Shown here piece by piece: positions 29,953-40,332 of a stretch of DNA of 64,000 bases. The first letter of the stretch is position 1; every line of letters begins with the position of its first letter. A program made the translations under genes and the position numbers. The DNA is from Bacteroidota bacterium (lineage in GTDB: Bacteria; Bacteroidota; Bacteroidia; NS11-12g; UBA955). Where the stretch lies: positions 112,518-176,517 of the forward strand of contig JAIYAW010000005.1 in the NCBI GenBank assembly GCA_027488835.1. The letters are read 5' to 3'. The notes beneath the pieces were generated by a model, which saw only the letters and a program-made list of their open reading frames with translations, was not told where the DNA came from and searched no databases.

Positions 29953-30897
29953 TTAAACGAAATTACGTTCAATTAAACCGGCAATGGCATAAGACATTTG
30001 ATTGTTGTCTTCTAACGAAGGATTAATTTCTGTAATTTCAAATGCTTTTACTTTTTCTTGTAGGAATAAAAAGCTCCACAATTCGTCGGCTTCGGATAAA
30101 TTTAAACCACCTTTAACGGGTGTTCCTGTTCCTTTTGAAATGCTGGGATCAAGGCTATCAACATCAAAACTCACGTACCATTGTTGCGTATTTTTTAGCA
30201 TTTCTTCGGCTTGTGCGATTGCCCATTTCATGCCGTTTTTCTTCACGTCTTCAGCAAATATGATATTGATTCCTAGTGATTTAGTAAGTTCAATCTCGGG
30301 TTTTTCGTAGCTACGGATTCCTATAAAAACGATGTTTTTGGCATCGATATGCTGCGTGTTTTCTTTGTTTTTGAGGGATTTAATTTCTTCCCAAAAAGAG
30401 ATTGTTTCAGCATCTAGCTGGTTACACTGATTTTCTAAATTGTCGGCATTTACACTTGCGTTCAACGCCATTCCATGGATATTTCCACTCGGAGTGGTAT
30501 AGGGTGAATGCAAATCTAAATGTGCATCAATCCAAAGAACTCCTGTGTTTTCGCAACCAAAATGGCGGCAAAACCCTGCCAAACTTCCAATGGCATTGCT
30601 ATGATCTCCACTTAAAATAATTGGTAATTTGTCTGCGTTTAAACAGCTTTCTACCAATTGCGCATATCCTTTTTGATGTTTTATAAAAGGTGCAGCTCTT
30701 TTTAAATATTCTGGCAAAGGTAATTTCTCTTTATCTTCAATTTCTTGCGGAACAGAAAATACATTCATTTCGCTCATCGAGCGAATTTGGGAATTAGTGC
30801 AAACTTCAAGAAGGTTTTGAGGCCCTTTTGAAGTTCCTGGTTTTCCTGCTCCGTATTCCCATTCAGATACGATAATACACTTATTTGAGTTTTTCAT
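29953..30897 (-). CDS. Arginase family protein
   Basis: SGDHS, WIDAHLD, SGNIHGM, SFDVDSLDP, GTGTPV.GG and EINP. Confidence 0.9.
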   Translation of the reverse strand: MKNSNKCIIVSEWEYGAGKPGTSKGPQNLLEVCTNSQIRSMSEMNVFSVPQEIEDKEKLPLPEYLKRAAPFIKHQKGYAQLVESCLNADKLPIILSGDHSNAIGSLAGFCRHFGCENTGVLWIDAHLDLHSPYTTPSGNIHGMALNASVNADNLENQCNQLDAETISFWEEIKSLKNKENTQHIDAKNIVFIGIRSYEKPEIELTKSLGINIIFAEDVKKNGMKWAIAQAEEMLKNTQQWYVSFDVDSLDPSISKGTGTPVKGGLNLSEADELWSFLFLQEKVKAFEITEINPSLEDNNQMSYAIAGLIERNFV

Positions 30898-30966
30898 TAC
30901 GGAGTTTTACTTGTAGGCAATATAATAATTTGGTGTGGATAATGCTATTTTTGATTGGTGAAGGTT

Positions 30967-32652
30967 CTACTTTCTTTCCCAAATAATGAAACCACCCACT
31001 TTTTTTGTGTCAAAGGTTTTGAATTTGTGATAAAATGATTCATCGGGTTGAAATGTGTTTTTTGTAATTACATACATTTTTTGATGGTTATTTGGGTTAT
31101 GGGCATGAAGTCTTCTTTTTTGTTGTTTTGGGTAAATTTCTTCAGTTGGCAGTGGATTCTCGGTGATCATTCCCTCAAAATCTTTGGGTGTTAAATTTGA
31201 GTGAAAATATAGGGCATACGTTTTATATCCCCAAGTTTCAATAAACATGCCTTTCTTTCGAAGTTCCTTCATTAATTGAGTTACTGGACCTTGAGTACTA
31301 TTGGCAACTGCGGGAAGTAGCGTAAAGTAGGCTGTTAATGCAACGGCTCCCGACAAAACATACAAATAAACTGGATTTGGTTTCTTACCAAAAAAAGAAA
31401 GCACAATCCACGGCATAAACCAAAAAGTAAATAAGGATGCTGGAATTAAAGTTGTCCAATTCCATTTGGGCATATTGATTAGAATATCTTTCGAAAACAG
31501 GTCTAAATTATTGAGTAAAATGGTTGGAATGGGTCTAATTGTTGCCGCCAATGGAATTACCCATAGAGCGAGCATCAATGTAATTCCAACAAAAAACAAG
31601 GGTATATTCAACCAATATGGAAATTTCCCTCGGTTGGTATAAATCAAATAAACCTGATAAGCCCCAAAATAGGTGAGGGGCCACCAGCAAAGGCTACTGT
31701 AATGGATGATTTTTGTTGTGGCAATACTAAAAACAATCAATACAATCCAAAATAGGGAGCGCATAAATAAATGCAAAATATCTATGTTCCTATCCATTGC
31801 AACATTGGTTACCAAATGCGGAAAAGCCAATATGGCAGAGGGGAAACACAAAACCAACAATACGATAATGTGATAAAACCAAGGTTGGTTGTGGTAAGGT
31901 ATTTGTCCTTTAAATAAAATAATTTGGTATTCAATGAAATGAGAGAAGAATGCCTGTCCATTCGATTGTATTAATGGAATAATCCAACAGGCCAATACGC
32001 CAAGAAATCCAATAATAAATAGGATTATTTTGCCATCAAAAATTTCGTGCCACTTACTTCTAATTGCGGTAGTTGTGATAATAACCAAGGCCAAAATGAG
32101 AATAGCAACGGGTCCTTTGGTAAGTACTGCTAGTCCTAAAAAAATGCCCGACAATAAATAATAAATATGTGCACGTTCTTGGTTAATGCCAGCTTGTGAA
32201 ATTTGATACCATTTGTACATCGATAAGAAGATAAACAAATTGAATACTGGATCAATAATTCCTGATTTCCAATAAATAAAGGGCGCCAACGACAATAAAA
32301 TGCTCATCGCCCAAAATGTACCTAGCATTTTTTTTCCGGCATCTGATCCAATGTGATAGGCTAAGTTTACAGAAATGATACCTGCAATCACATTTGGTAA
32401 TTTGAAAACCCATGCATGAACTCCACCAATATGAATTCCAATAGATTGAAGCCAAATAAATAAGGGAGGTTTTTCATAAAATGGCTCAAATCCAACTTGG
32501 GTGTATAAATAGTTTTTGGTGAGTACCATTTCACGCGCGCTTTCAGCGAAATTCAATTCATCCCAGTCAAATAATGGAACCATATTTAACCCTGCCATTA
32601 ACAGCAAGGCTGATATTAATGTAAAAATGAGATGTATTTTTGTCTTTTGCAT
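30967..32652 (-). CDS. ArnT-like (GT83/GT39) membrane glycosyltransferase
   Basis: PLFDWDELNFAESAREM, EKPPLFIWLQ and LTKGPVA. Confidence 0.88.
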   Translation of the reverse strand: MQKTKIHLIFTLISALLLMAGLNMVPLFDWDELNFAESAREMVLTKNYLYTQVGFEPFYEKPPLFIWLQSIGIHIGGVHAWVFKLPNVIAGIISVNLAYHIGSDAGKKMLGTFWAMSILLSLAPFIYWKSGIIDPVFNLFIFLSMYKWYQISQAGINQERAHIYYLLSGIFLGLAVLTKGPVAILILALVIITTTAIRSKWHEIFDGKIILFIIGFLGVLACWIIPLIQSNGQAFFSHFIEYQIILFKGQIPYHNQPWFYHIIVLLVLCFPSAILAFPHLVTNVAMDRNIDILHLFMRSLFWIVLIVFSIATTKIIHYSSLCWWPLTYFGAYQVYLIYTNRGKFPYWLNIPLFFVGITLMLALWVIPLAATIRPIPTILLNNLDLFSKDILINMPKWNWTTLIPASLFTFWFMPWIVLSFFGKKPNPVYLYVLSGAVALTAYFTLLPAVANSTQGPVTQLMKELRKKGMFIETWGYKTYALYFHSNLTPKDFEGMITENPLPTEEIYPKQQKRRLHAHNPNNHQKMYVITKNTFQPDESFYHKFKTFDTKKVGGFIIWERK

Positions 32653-33269
32653 TAACTATGATTCTTTGAATTCAATTTCTTTTTTATATATGGATAGGTA
32701 ATTCCTGCAATATAAAAGAAAATATTTGCAATAATACATCCTGCCAAGGTATCTTCAATACTGTGTTGCCCCAAATATATGCGGCTGTAACCAATTGAAA
32801 ATGCTGAAAAAATTGATAGAAATAACGTTAAGTTTTGAAGTTTATGTTTTGGTAACGATAATATAATCATACCAGTTGCAAAAAATGCAGCCGATGTATG
32901 TCCACTCGGAAAACCTTGAAAATGTTTCAATACTTCGCCATCTATTTGTCTAATTGTATTGCCAAATTTTTCAATGGGTCTAGGGAAATTCAATTGAAAT
33001 TTAATGAATTGGACAATTAATGATTCAATTCCAAAAACAATTGAGAACCACAAGCCTTTTGGAAAATCAATACGTAGCATTAAGAAAATACCGAGTATAA
33101 TTACAGGCCATTCTGCCCAAATGGTATAGTTTTTGACGTATTTGTCGAGTTGTAAAGAATACAAGTTATGAATTTTAAGTGTAATATTGTTGAAACCAAT
33201 GAAAAATGTGCAGATAGTTATGGCCAAAGCAATACCTATATTGATAGCTACGTATTTTTTAAAATTCAT
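32652..33269 (-). CDS. PAP2 family phosphatase (lipid A/undecaprenyl phosphatase-like)
   Basis: K.....PRP, FPSGH and SRIYLGQH...D. Start placed at ATG 33269; stop overlaps the ArnT start. Confidence 0.88.
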   Translation of the reverse strand: MNFKKYVAINIGIALAITICTFFIGFNNITLKIHNLYSLQLDKYVKNYTIWAEWPVIILGIFLMLRIDFPKGLWFSIVFGIESLIVQFIKFQLNFPRPIEKFGNTIRQIDGEVLKHFQGFPSGHTSAAFFATGMIILSLPKHKLQNLTLFLSIFSAFSIGYSRIYLGQHSIEDTLAGCIIANIFFYIAGITYPYIKKKLNSKNHS

Positions 33270-33387
33270 AAATATGTGCAAATATAATTACAAGTTATTT
33301 AATGAAAACTTTGATTTATCAACTGAAATTCTTTCATTGCAACAGAAAAAAGACTATATTGAAACTTTTAAAGTAAAAACATAAATT

Positions 33388-33786
33388 ATGGCAACAGAAG
33401 GAATTAAAAGATCAAAAATCGAATTGGAATATTCATTGAGATCTTCTCCACATATTTTATTCCAGTATATCTCTAATCCTTCCGGCTTACAAAGTTGGTT
33501 TGCTGATCACGTAGATATTTTTGGTGGAGTAAGATATAGATTTGCTTGGAATGACGGAACAGAATACCAAGCGAAAATTATTAAGAATGTACCTAATAAA
33601 TACATCAAATTTGCAATTGAAGGCTCTGCCGAAGGGGAGTATTTAGAATTTAGAATTGACCAAGATGCGATAACGGGCGATGTTGAGTTGCTCATCACGG
33701 AATTTGTAAATGAAGACGAAGCAGAAATGGCTGCATCCATTTGGGATGTTGCTGTTGAAAATCTTTGCGGTATTATTGGCGCTTAA
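33388..33786 (+). CDS. START-like domain protein (Bacteroidota START_2 type)
   Basis: LFQYISNPSGLQSWFADHV and EFRI..D.ITGDV.L.ITEF. Confidence 0.8.
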   Translation: MATEGIKRSKIELEYSLRSSPHILFQYISNPSGLQSWFADHVDIFGGVRYRFAWNDGTEYQAKIIKNVPNKYIKFAIEGSAEGEYLEFRIDQDAITGDVELLITEFVNEDEAEMAASIWDVAVENLCGIIGA

Positions 33787-34973
33787 TCTAAGTTTTTAAC
33801 GGCCAAATAAGCCATCAAGCCTGCGCCGTGCTCAATTGCATCTTCATCAACGTCAAATGATGGATGATGAACTCCAAATGTTGTTCCTTTGGATTCGTTT
33901 CTCGTTCCTAATCTGTAAAAACAACTATCTACTTCCTGAGAATAATAAGAAAAATCTTCTGCAGCCATCCAAATATCCAAATCAATTACATTTTCTTCAC
34001 CCAAATAATCTTTGGCCAAACTCTGACAATTGTTTGTGAGAATTTCATTGTTTTTCAAAAAAGGATAACCCTTTCTGATCTCGAAATTCACTTCCCCACC
34101 AAAACCTTCAACCAAGCTTTTTGCAATTTTCATCATCTTTTCATGGGCTTCTGCGCGCCATTTTTCATCCAAAGTTCTGAAAGTTCCCTCAATATACACT
34201 TCACTAGGAATTACATTGGTCGCCCCATTGGCAATGAATTTCCCAAACGACAATACACTCGGAATAATAGGATTCGCACTTCTTGAAACTACCTGTTGCA
34301 AACTCACTATCATTTGAGATGCAATACTTACCGGATCAATGCACATGTGAGGCATGGCACCATGTCCTCCTTTACCTTTTACTGTTACATAAATCTCATC
34401 GGCACTGGCCATATACAATCCAGGTCTAAATCCAGTTTTGCCAGTTTCAATAAATGGCATAACATGTTGGCCTATCATGACATCCACTTTTGGATTGTTC
34501 AAAACTCCTTCAGCAATCATCATACTTGCTCCTCCAGGTATTTTTTCTTCTCCTGGTTGAAAAACAAGTTTGATGGTTCCCTCGAAATCATTTTTTAGTT
34601 CATTCAGTATTGTTGCCGCGCCTAGCAAAGACGTGGTGTGCACGTCATGGCCACAGGCATGCATAATGCCCTCTTTTTTGCTGCGGTAAGGACGTCCATC
34701 GTTTACCTCAACAATTGGCAAAGCATCTATATCGGCACGCAATGCAACTACTTTTTTTGACGGATTTTTCCCTTCAATAAGCGCAACAACCCCAGTATTG
34801 GCAACGCGTTGCGTTGTTAATCCCAATTTGTTTTGCAAATAACTTTCAATGAGTTTTTGAGTTTCGAATTCTTCAAACGACAATTCCGGATTTTCATGAA
34901 GGTGATGTCTTATTTCAATGAGTGCAGGCGCAATTTGGTTCGCTTTTTGCTGTATCTTGTCTTTTAAACTCAT
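33783..34973 (-). CDS. M20D family amidohydrolase
   Basis: HENPELSFEE, RADIDALP, MHACGHDVH, FQPGEE, AEDF and HHPSF. Confidence 0.92.
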   Translation of the reverse strand: MSLKDKIQQKANQIAPALIEIRHHLHENPELSFEEFETQKLIESYLQNKLGLTTQRVANTGVVALIEGKNPSKKVVALRADIDALPIVEVNDGRPYRSKKEGIMHACGHDVHTTSLLGAATILNELKNDFEGTIKLVFQPGEEKIPGGASMMIAEGVLNNPKVDVMIGQHVMPFIETGKTGFRPGLYMASADEIYVTVKGKGGHGAMPHMCIDPVSIASQMIVSLQQVVSRSANPIIPSVLSFGKFIANGATNVIPSEVYIEGTFRTLDEKWRAEAHEKMMKIAKSLVEGFGGEVNFEIRKGYPFLKNNEILTNNCQSLAKDYLGEENVIDLDIWMAAEDFSYYSQEVDSCFYRLGTRNESKGTTFGVHHPSFDVDEDAIEHGAGLMAYLAVKNLD

Positions 34974-35062
34974 AAATTTTGTTTTTACTGATTGGCAATT
35001 GTAAATTGCAAATCTAAATTTTGTTTGCCCAAACTCCTACAAAAACAAAATAATTTCTTTTT

Positions 35063-36979
35063 ATGATAAGCCCAAATTCCATAGACCAACTGCTCAATGC
35101 CGCAATCATAGAAGATGTTGTTGGTGATTACGTGAATTTAAAGCGGTCTGGGTCTAGATTTAAAGGAAATTGTCCTTTTCATGATGAAAAAACGCCAAGT
35201 TTTACTGTAACTCCTACATTAGGAATCTACAAATGTTTTGGTTGCCAAAAAGGAGGGAATTCCATTCAATTTTTGATGGAAATTGAAAACCTTTCTTTTA
35301 CGGAATCGGCCCGAATGCTTGCCAAACGCTACAGCGTTGATTTGGTAGAAACCAATGTAGGAAACAAGGAAGAATACGAAGAAAGTCAGAAATTAAGAGA
35401 AGGGGTTCAATCGATAAATGATTTTGCCATTCAGTTTTTTGCCGATCAACTTCATACCCAAGAAGAAGGCAAGAACATTGCTTTGCCATATTATAGAGAA
35501 CGTGGATTTACCTTAGAAACAATAAAAAAATGGCAACTAGGGTATAGTCCTGAGTCGTGGGATGCGTTTTATAAAGCTGCTACAAAAGCGGGTTACAAAG
35601 ATGAAATGCTTAAATCGGCTGGATTAATCAAGCAGCGCGATTCAGATGGTTCGGCATACGACTTATTTAGAAATAGGGTTATTTTTCCTTTAGTTGCGGT
35701 TAGTGGAAAAGTAGTTGGGTTTGCCGGTAGAATTATGGGGAAAGTTGAAAATGCCCCCAAATACGTAAATTCACCGGAAACAGAATTATACAAAAAGAGC
35801 GACTTTTTATTTGCGCTTTACCAGGCAAAAAATTCCATCAAGAAACTTGACAAGGTTTTATTGACGGAGGGATATACGGATGTGATTACTTTACATCAAT
35901 CTGGAATTGAAAATGCAGTTGCAAGTAGTGGTACCGCATTAACTCCCGGTCAAATTAAGTTAATTAAACGTTTTACAAATAATGTAACTGTTATTTATGA
36001 TGGTGATGCCGCGGGTATCAAAGCTTCGCTTAGGGGAATTGATTTGCTGCTTGCCGAAGATATTAACGTGCGCGTTGTACCCTTGCCAGAAGGGGATGAT
36101 CCTGATTCATATTGTAAAAAATTGGGTCCAGACGGATTTAAAGATTATATCCAATCCGTTGAGAAGAACTTTATCTTCTTCAAGGCAGAATTGTTACTGG
36201 AGTTAACACAAAACGACCCAATTCAAAAGTCAGAGGCAATTAAAGATATTTTACAATCAGTTGCTTATATAAAAGACTCTTTAAAAAGAACAACACTTGT
36301 AAAAGAACTCGAAAGAATTTGCGATGTAAAAGAAGAGGTTTTGGCTCAAGAGCTTGGCAAGCTATTGAGAATAAATATCGTTCAAGATAAAAAGCAATTA
36401 TTTGCAGATACAAAAAATGTAGTTGATTTATTCATAGATGAACCTGTACTTGTAGCATTGAGTGATGTCCATCAAGAAATGGCAATGATTCGCACTTTGT
36501 TGATGAATGCAACCAAACAATTCGATGAAAATCAAACCATATTTGAATTTGCATTAACTGAATACCAAGCCGATGAGAGTATTCAGTTTAAAGATGCATT
36601 TGCAAGTAAATTCATGAATGAATTGATAAAACCAGATGGTACTTTTGAATGGCCAGGAATTGAGTATTTTATTCATCATACAGATACTGAGATTTCATCA
36701 TTTGTGGCAGGTGTATTTTCAAACGACCATCAATTGAGTCCTGCCTTTTTAGACAATATGATTTATGTAAAAACTGAGGAGGACAATTACCGCGATGAAC
36801 TCATTTCTATCTTTTTAAATATCCGCAGAACCAAAATTGAAGAAATTATTCTTTCTGAACAGTTGAAATTGCAACAACCAGAAGAGCAACATGATGAAAT
36901 TTTGGAATATTTAGATTTTCTAAACACGGTGAAAATTGATATTGCCAATAAATTGGGCAATGTAGTATCTCGGTTCTAA
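35063..36979 (+). CDS. dnaG: DNA primase
   Basis: Zn finger CPFHDEKTPSF...CFGC, PKYVNSPET, EGYTDV and TOPRIM YDGDAAG. Confidence 0.97.
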   Translation: MISPNSIDQLLNAAIIEDVVGDYVNLKRSGSRFKGNCPFHDEKTPSFTVTPTLGIYKCFGCQKGGNSIQFLMEIENLSFTESARMLAKRYSVDLVETNVGNKEEYEESQKLREGVQSINDFAIQFFADQLHTQEEGKNIALPYYRERGFTLETIKKWQLGYSPESWDAFYKAATKAGYKDEMLKSAGLIKQRDSDGSAYDLFRNRVIFPLVAVSGKVVGFAGRIMGKVENAPKYVNSPETELYKKSDFLFALYQAKNSIKKLDKVLLTEGYTDVITLHQSGIENAVASSGTALTPGQIKLIKRFTNNVTVIYDGDAAGIKASLRGIDLLLAEDINVRVVPLPEGDDPDSYCKKLGPDGFKDYIQSVEKNFIFFKAELLLELTQNDPIQKSEAIKDILQSVAYIKDSLKRTTLVKELERICDVKEEVLAQELGKLLRINIVQDKKQLFADTKNVVDLFIDEPVLVALSDVHQEMAMIRTLLMNATKQFDENQTIFEFALTEYQADESIQFKDAFASKFMNELIKPDGTFEWPGIEYFIHHTDTEISSFVAGVFSNDHQLSPAFLDNMIYVKTEEDNYRDELISIFLNIRRTKIEEIILSEQLKLQQPEEQHDEILEYLDFLNTVKIDIANKLGNVVSRF

Positions 36980-37557
36980 TGAAAAATATTATCCGTAAAG
37001 TATCGTTTTTAATAGTTGTATTTTGCTTGTTTTATTTGGTGCTTTTTGGTGTGCCTGGTATCGTTCAAAACAAACCCTTTTGCGAGCCTAGAATAGGATT
37101 TATTGTCATAAAGAACGATACGGTGTATTGTGATAGTTTAAAGCTTCCCTTGCATACTATTCCCAAAATAAAGGATTTGCATACCGTGGCAAAAGTTGCA
37201 CTCGGTAAATGGGCAAAATTATTCATTGTGTTAAAAATTGAAGAGAGTGGCTATGACAATCAAAATTCAATTTATGCCTTGAAATACAATAATTTGGTTG
37301 GAATGCGTTATCCAAATCAAAGAGAAACAACCGCAAGACGAAAGGGATATAGCAGTTATTGCGTATTTGACAATTGGTACGATTGTGTGATTGATTTCAA
37401 ATATTACATTGAAAACACCGAATTGAAATTTGTGAAGTTATTTCAAAGAAAACCACATTCGGATAAAGAAATGATCAAGTTTATGCACGGTTCTTATAAT
37501 GGTTATTCTCAGTGGTATCGGGATGTGTTTTGGCTGCTCGACGATTTTGAAGAATAA
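36979..37557 (+). CDS. Membrane-anchored glucosaminidase (GH73)/lysozyme-like protein
   Basis: N-terminal TM, then EESG...A..YNNLVGMR...Y.VFDNW.DCV.DF, resembling the GH73 LESG/NNLFGIK/F..Y pattern. Confidence 0.55.
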   Translation: MKNIIRKVSFLIVVFCLFYLVLFGVPGIVQNKPFCEPRIGFIVIKNDTVYCDSLKLPLHTIPKIKDLHTVAKVALGKWAKLFIVLKIEESGYDNQNSIYALKYNNLVGMRYPNQRETTARRKGYSSYCVFDNWYDCVIDFKYYIENTELKFVKLFQRKPHSDKEMIKFMHGSYNGYSQWYRDVFWLLDDFEE

Positions 37558-38683
37558 ATCCAATGCTCAAAACAAAAGCCACGAAAAAGAAAAATGCATT
37601 CATTGCAAAAACAGTATTGTAGCCAAGTTTCCAATTGGTGAAAATTTTGCCAGAAAATACACCACCGAAAATAATTCCCAATTCTAACATCATGAAGAGA
37701 GCGGCAAGCGCTTTTCCTCTGTTTTGTGCAGTTGCTGTATCTCCTGCCCAAGCGAATAAACTCGGTGCATTAAAGCCTTGACCAATTCCATAAAAGAATG
37801 CGCTGATAAAGAAGGCGTATTGAAACGGGTTGAAAATGAGCAACAACATGGAAATAAGTTGTCCCAGAGTTCCAATGGCAGTTGACCAAGGCCTTCCCAA
37901 TTTATCAGAAACACTTCCGCTGAATAACCTAAAAATCAACGAAAAGGTAATATAAATGGTGAGGTACATTCCTTTATTAGCATAACCCAAACTTAGGGTG
38001 TAATCGGGCATTACAGTTAAAATGGAACCCAACGAAATACATACCAAATACATGAGCAAAGCGGGTTTCCATGCAGGTAAATAAAATAGGTTCCGAATAT
38101 TGAATTCGAACTTTCGTTTTGCTTCAGCAGGTTTGGTTTCTGGCAACATTGAAAACATAACCAGTGCTAAAATTGCGAATATAGAACTGGCTATAAACAG
38201 TTGATTCACTCCAAAGTAATTTACAATTAAGGCTCCGAGGGCGTATCCAAAGCTAGTTCCTATGTTGTTGAAAGTACCTTGCCAACCCATAGCTCTGCCG
38301 CGGTATTCATGCGATACTGTATCTGCGGTATAAGCGGTAAAACCAGTTGGGGTAAATCCGGTTGAAAATCCATGTATCATTCTCACAATGAAAAATGCAG
38401 AAAGTGTTCCTACAAAGGGATATAAAAAACCGGCCACGATACAAAAAATGCAACCCCCAATCATGGCCCATTTTCGGCCAAGGTTATCTGTAATCCATCC
38501 GCTTAATGGTCTAGCAACCAATGCACTTAGTGAAAACGCAGGGACAATCCATCCCAAATATTCACTGCCGTTTAATCTTTTTAGGAAATCGGATAATTCT
38601 GGTAAAACAATATTGAAAGATAAAAAGAAGAAAAGTGCCCCACAACACATTATCCAAAAGTGTTTAGGGTAGCGTCTGTGCAT
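37481..38683 (-). CDS. MFS transporter
   Basis: About 12 TM segments; GWITDNLGRK and SDKLGR motif A. Start placed at ATG 38683, right after the nadE stop. Confidence 0.9.
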   Translation of the reverse strand: MHRRYPKHFWIMCCGALFFFLSFNIVLPELSDFLKRLNGSEYLGWIVPAFSLSALVARPLSGWITDNLGRKWAMIGGCIFCIVAGFLYPFVGTLSAFFIVRMIHGFSTGFTPTGFTAYTADTVSHEYRGRAMGWQGTFNNIGTSFGYALGALIVNYFGVNQLFIASSIFAILALVMFSMLPETKPAEAKRKFEFNIRNLFYLPAWKPALLMYLVCISLGSILTVMPDYTLSLGYANKGMYLTIYITFSLIFRLFSGSVSDKLGRPWSTAIGTLGQLISMLLLIFNPFQYAFFISAFFYGIGQGFNAPSLFAWAGDTATAQNRGKALAALFMMLELGIIFGGVFSGKIFTNWKLGYNTVFAMNAFFFFVAFVLSIGFILQNRRAAKTHPDTTENNHYKNRA

Positions 38684-38684
38684 T

Positions 38685-40325
38685 TTACTGATATTTTGCA
38701 ACCAAAGGCATGATTCGGCCTTTACCAAATGCTTTTGAACTCACACGAATAATAGGAGGAGCTTGATAACGTTTGTATTCATTGGCATTTACCATATTTA
38801 CAATGCGTTCAACCAATGAACTGTCATAACCTTCCATTGTGATTTCGTCTTTGCTCTTTTTTCCCTCAATGTATAATTTCAAAATTTCATCGAGCATATC
38901 ATAATCTGGCAATGAGTCGGAATCTTTTTGACCGGGTCTAAGTTCAGCACTAGGTGCTTTCTCTATGATTTCGTTTGGAATAATTTCGTGGTTTTTGTTA
39001 ATGTATCTGGCCAAGGCATAAACCTGAGTTTTGTAAACATCTCCCAAAACAGACAAGCTGCCACACATATCGCCATAAAGGGTTGAATAACCAACCGCCA
39101 TTTCACTTTTGTTGCTCGTATTGATGAGGATATTGCCTATTTTATTGCTAATGCCCATCAATAAAACACCTCTTGAGCGCGCTTGGATATTTTCTTCTGC
39201 AACATTGAATTCTCGTCCCTCAAAAACAGAAGACAACGCTTCTGTATATTGATTGAAAATATTTTCAATGGGAAGGATATGGTATTCATTTCCAAGATTC
39301 TCGGAAATCTTTTTGGCATCGGTAATTGATCCTTCAGAACTGAACTGACTTGGCATTAAAATAGCCAACACATTGTCGTTTCCCAATGCTTGTGAAAGCA
39401 ATGCTTGCACCAATGCACTGTCGATTCCACCTGAAGATCCCAAAACAGCTTTTTTAAACCCCATTTTCTTGAAATAATCTTTGATACCAAATACCAACGC
39501 TTGGTGCAAAGTAGCAATTTCATCAATTTCAATTGGGAGGGTGGCGTTGGAAGTTATTACCCCATCATCAAATGAAATATAACCAACCGATTCTTCGAAA
39601 TCGGGAAGTTGCATGGCTACTTCTCCGTTGCTATTAACAGCACGACTTGCGCCATCGAACAACAGCTCTGTATGAATACCAATTTGGTTGGCATAAATTA
39701 CGGGAATATCAAAACGACTGGCTTGACCTCCAAAAACCCTATTTCTTAAAGATTGTTTTCCCAAGTGAAATGGAGAAGCAGAAGGGTTGATGATGATATC
39801 GGCACCCAGTTCTTTTAATTTAGATCCCGGGCTTGCATTGTATTCAAAATCGTTGTAGATATCCCAAATGTCTTCACAAATGGCAATGCCTATTTTATGT
39901 CCTTTAAATTCAATAATATCTGTTTCTTGGGCAGGTTCAAAGTAACGCGCTTCAGAAAATACATCATAAGTCGGCAACAATGTTTTGGCAATGGTTTTTT
40001 GAATACGACCATTTTGCATAAAGCACATTACATTTTGTAGGTTTCTTCCTTTGTGTGGATTGCGCATAACTCCGCCCACAATGGCAGCAATGCCTTGGCA
40101 ACTTTGCGCCACTGCATCGAGGCTATGCTCGCATTTTTCTACAAACCAAGGGTAATCTAATAAATCGTCGGGCATGTAGCCACAAACCGACATTTCTGAA
40201 AAAACCACCAAATCAGCGCCTTTTTGTTTGGCAGTGAAAATGGTATCCGCAATTTTGGCAGTATTTCCTTCGAAATCTCCTATTTTAAAATTGAGCTGAG
40301 CAAGGCATATTTTTATTGCCGACAT
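38685..40325 (-). CDS. nadE: Glutamine-dependent NAD+ synthetase
   Basis: Nitrilase domain (ICEDIW) plus SGGIDSAL, ENIQAR.RG, NKSE, GYSTLYGD and PSAEL. Confidence 0.95.
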   Translation of the reverse strand: MSAIKICLAQLNFKIGDFEGNTAKIADTIFTAKQKGADLVVFSEMSVCGYMPDDLLDYPWFVEKCEHSLDAVAQSCQGIAAIVGGVMRNPHKGRNLQNVMCFMQNGRIQKTIAKTLLPTYDVFSEARYFEPAQETDIIEFKGHKIGIAICEDIWDIYNDFEYNASPGSKLKELGADIIINPSASPFHLGKQSLRNRVFGGQASRFDIPVIYANQIGIHTELLFDGASRAVNSNGEVAMQLPDFEESVGYISFDDGVITSNATLPIEIDEIATLHQALVFGIKDYFKKMGFKKAVLGSSGGIDSALVQALLSQALGNDNVLAILMPSQFSSEGSITDAKKISENLGNEYHILPIENIFNQYTEALSSVFEGREFNVAEENIQARSRGVLLMGISNKIGNILINTSNKSEMAVGYSTLYGDMCGSLSVLGDVYKTQVYALARYINKNHEIIPNEIIEKAPSAELRPGQKDSDSLPDYDMLDEILKLYIEGKKSKDEITMEGYDSSLVERIVNMVNANEYKRYQAPPIIRVSSKAFGKGRIMPLVAKYQ

Positions 40326-40332
40326 GAATTGT

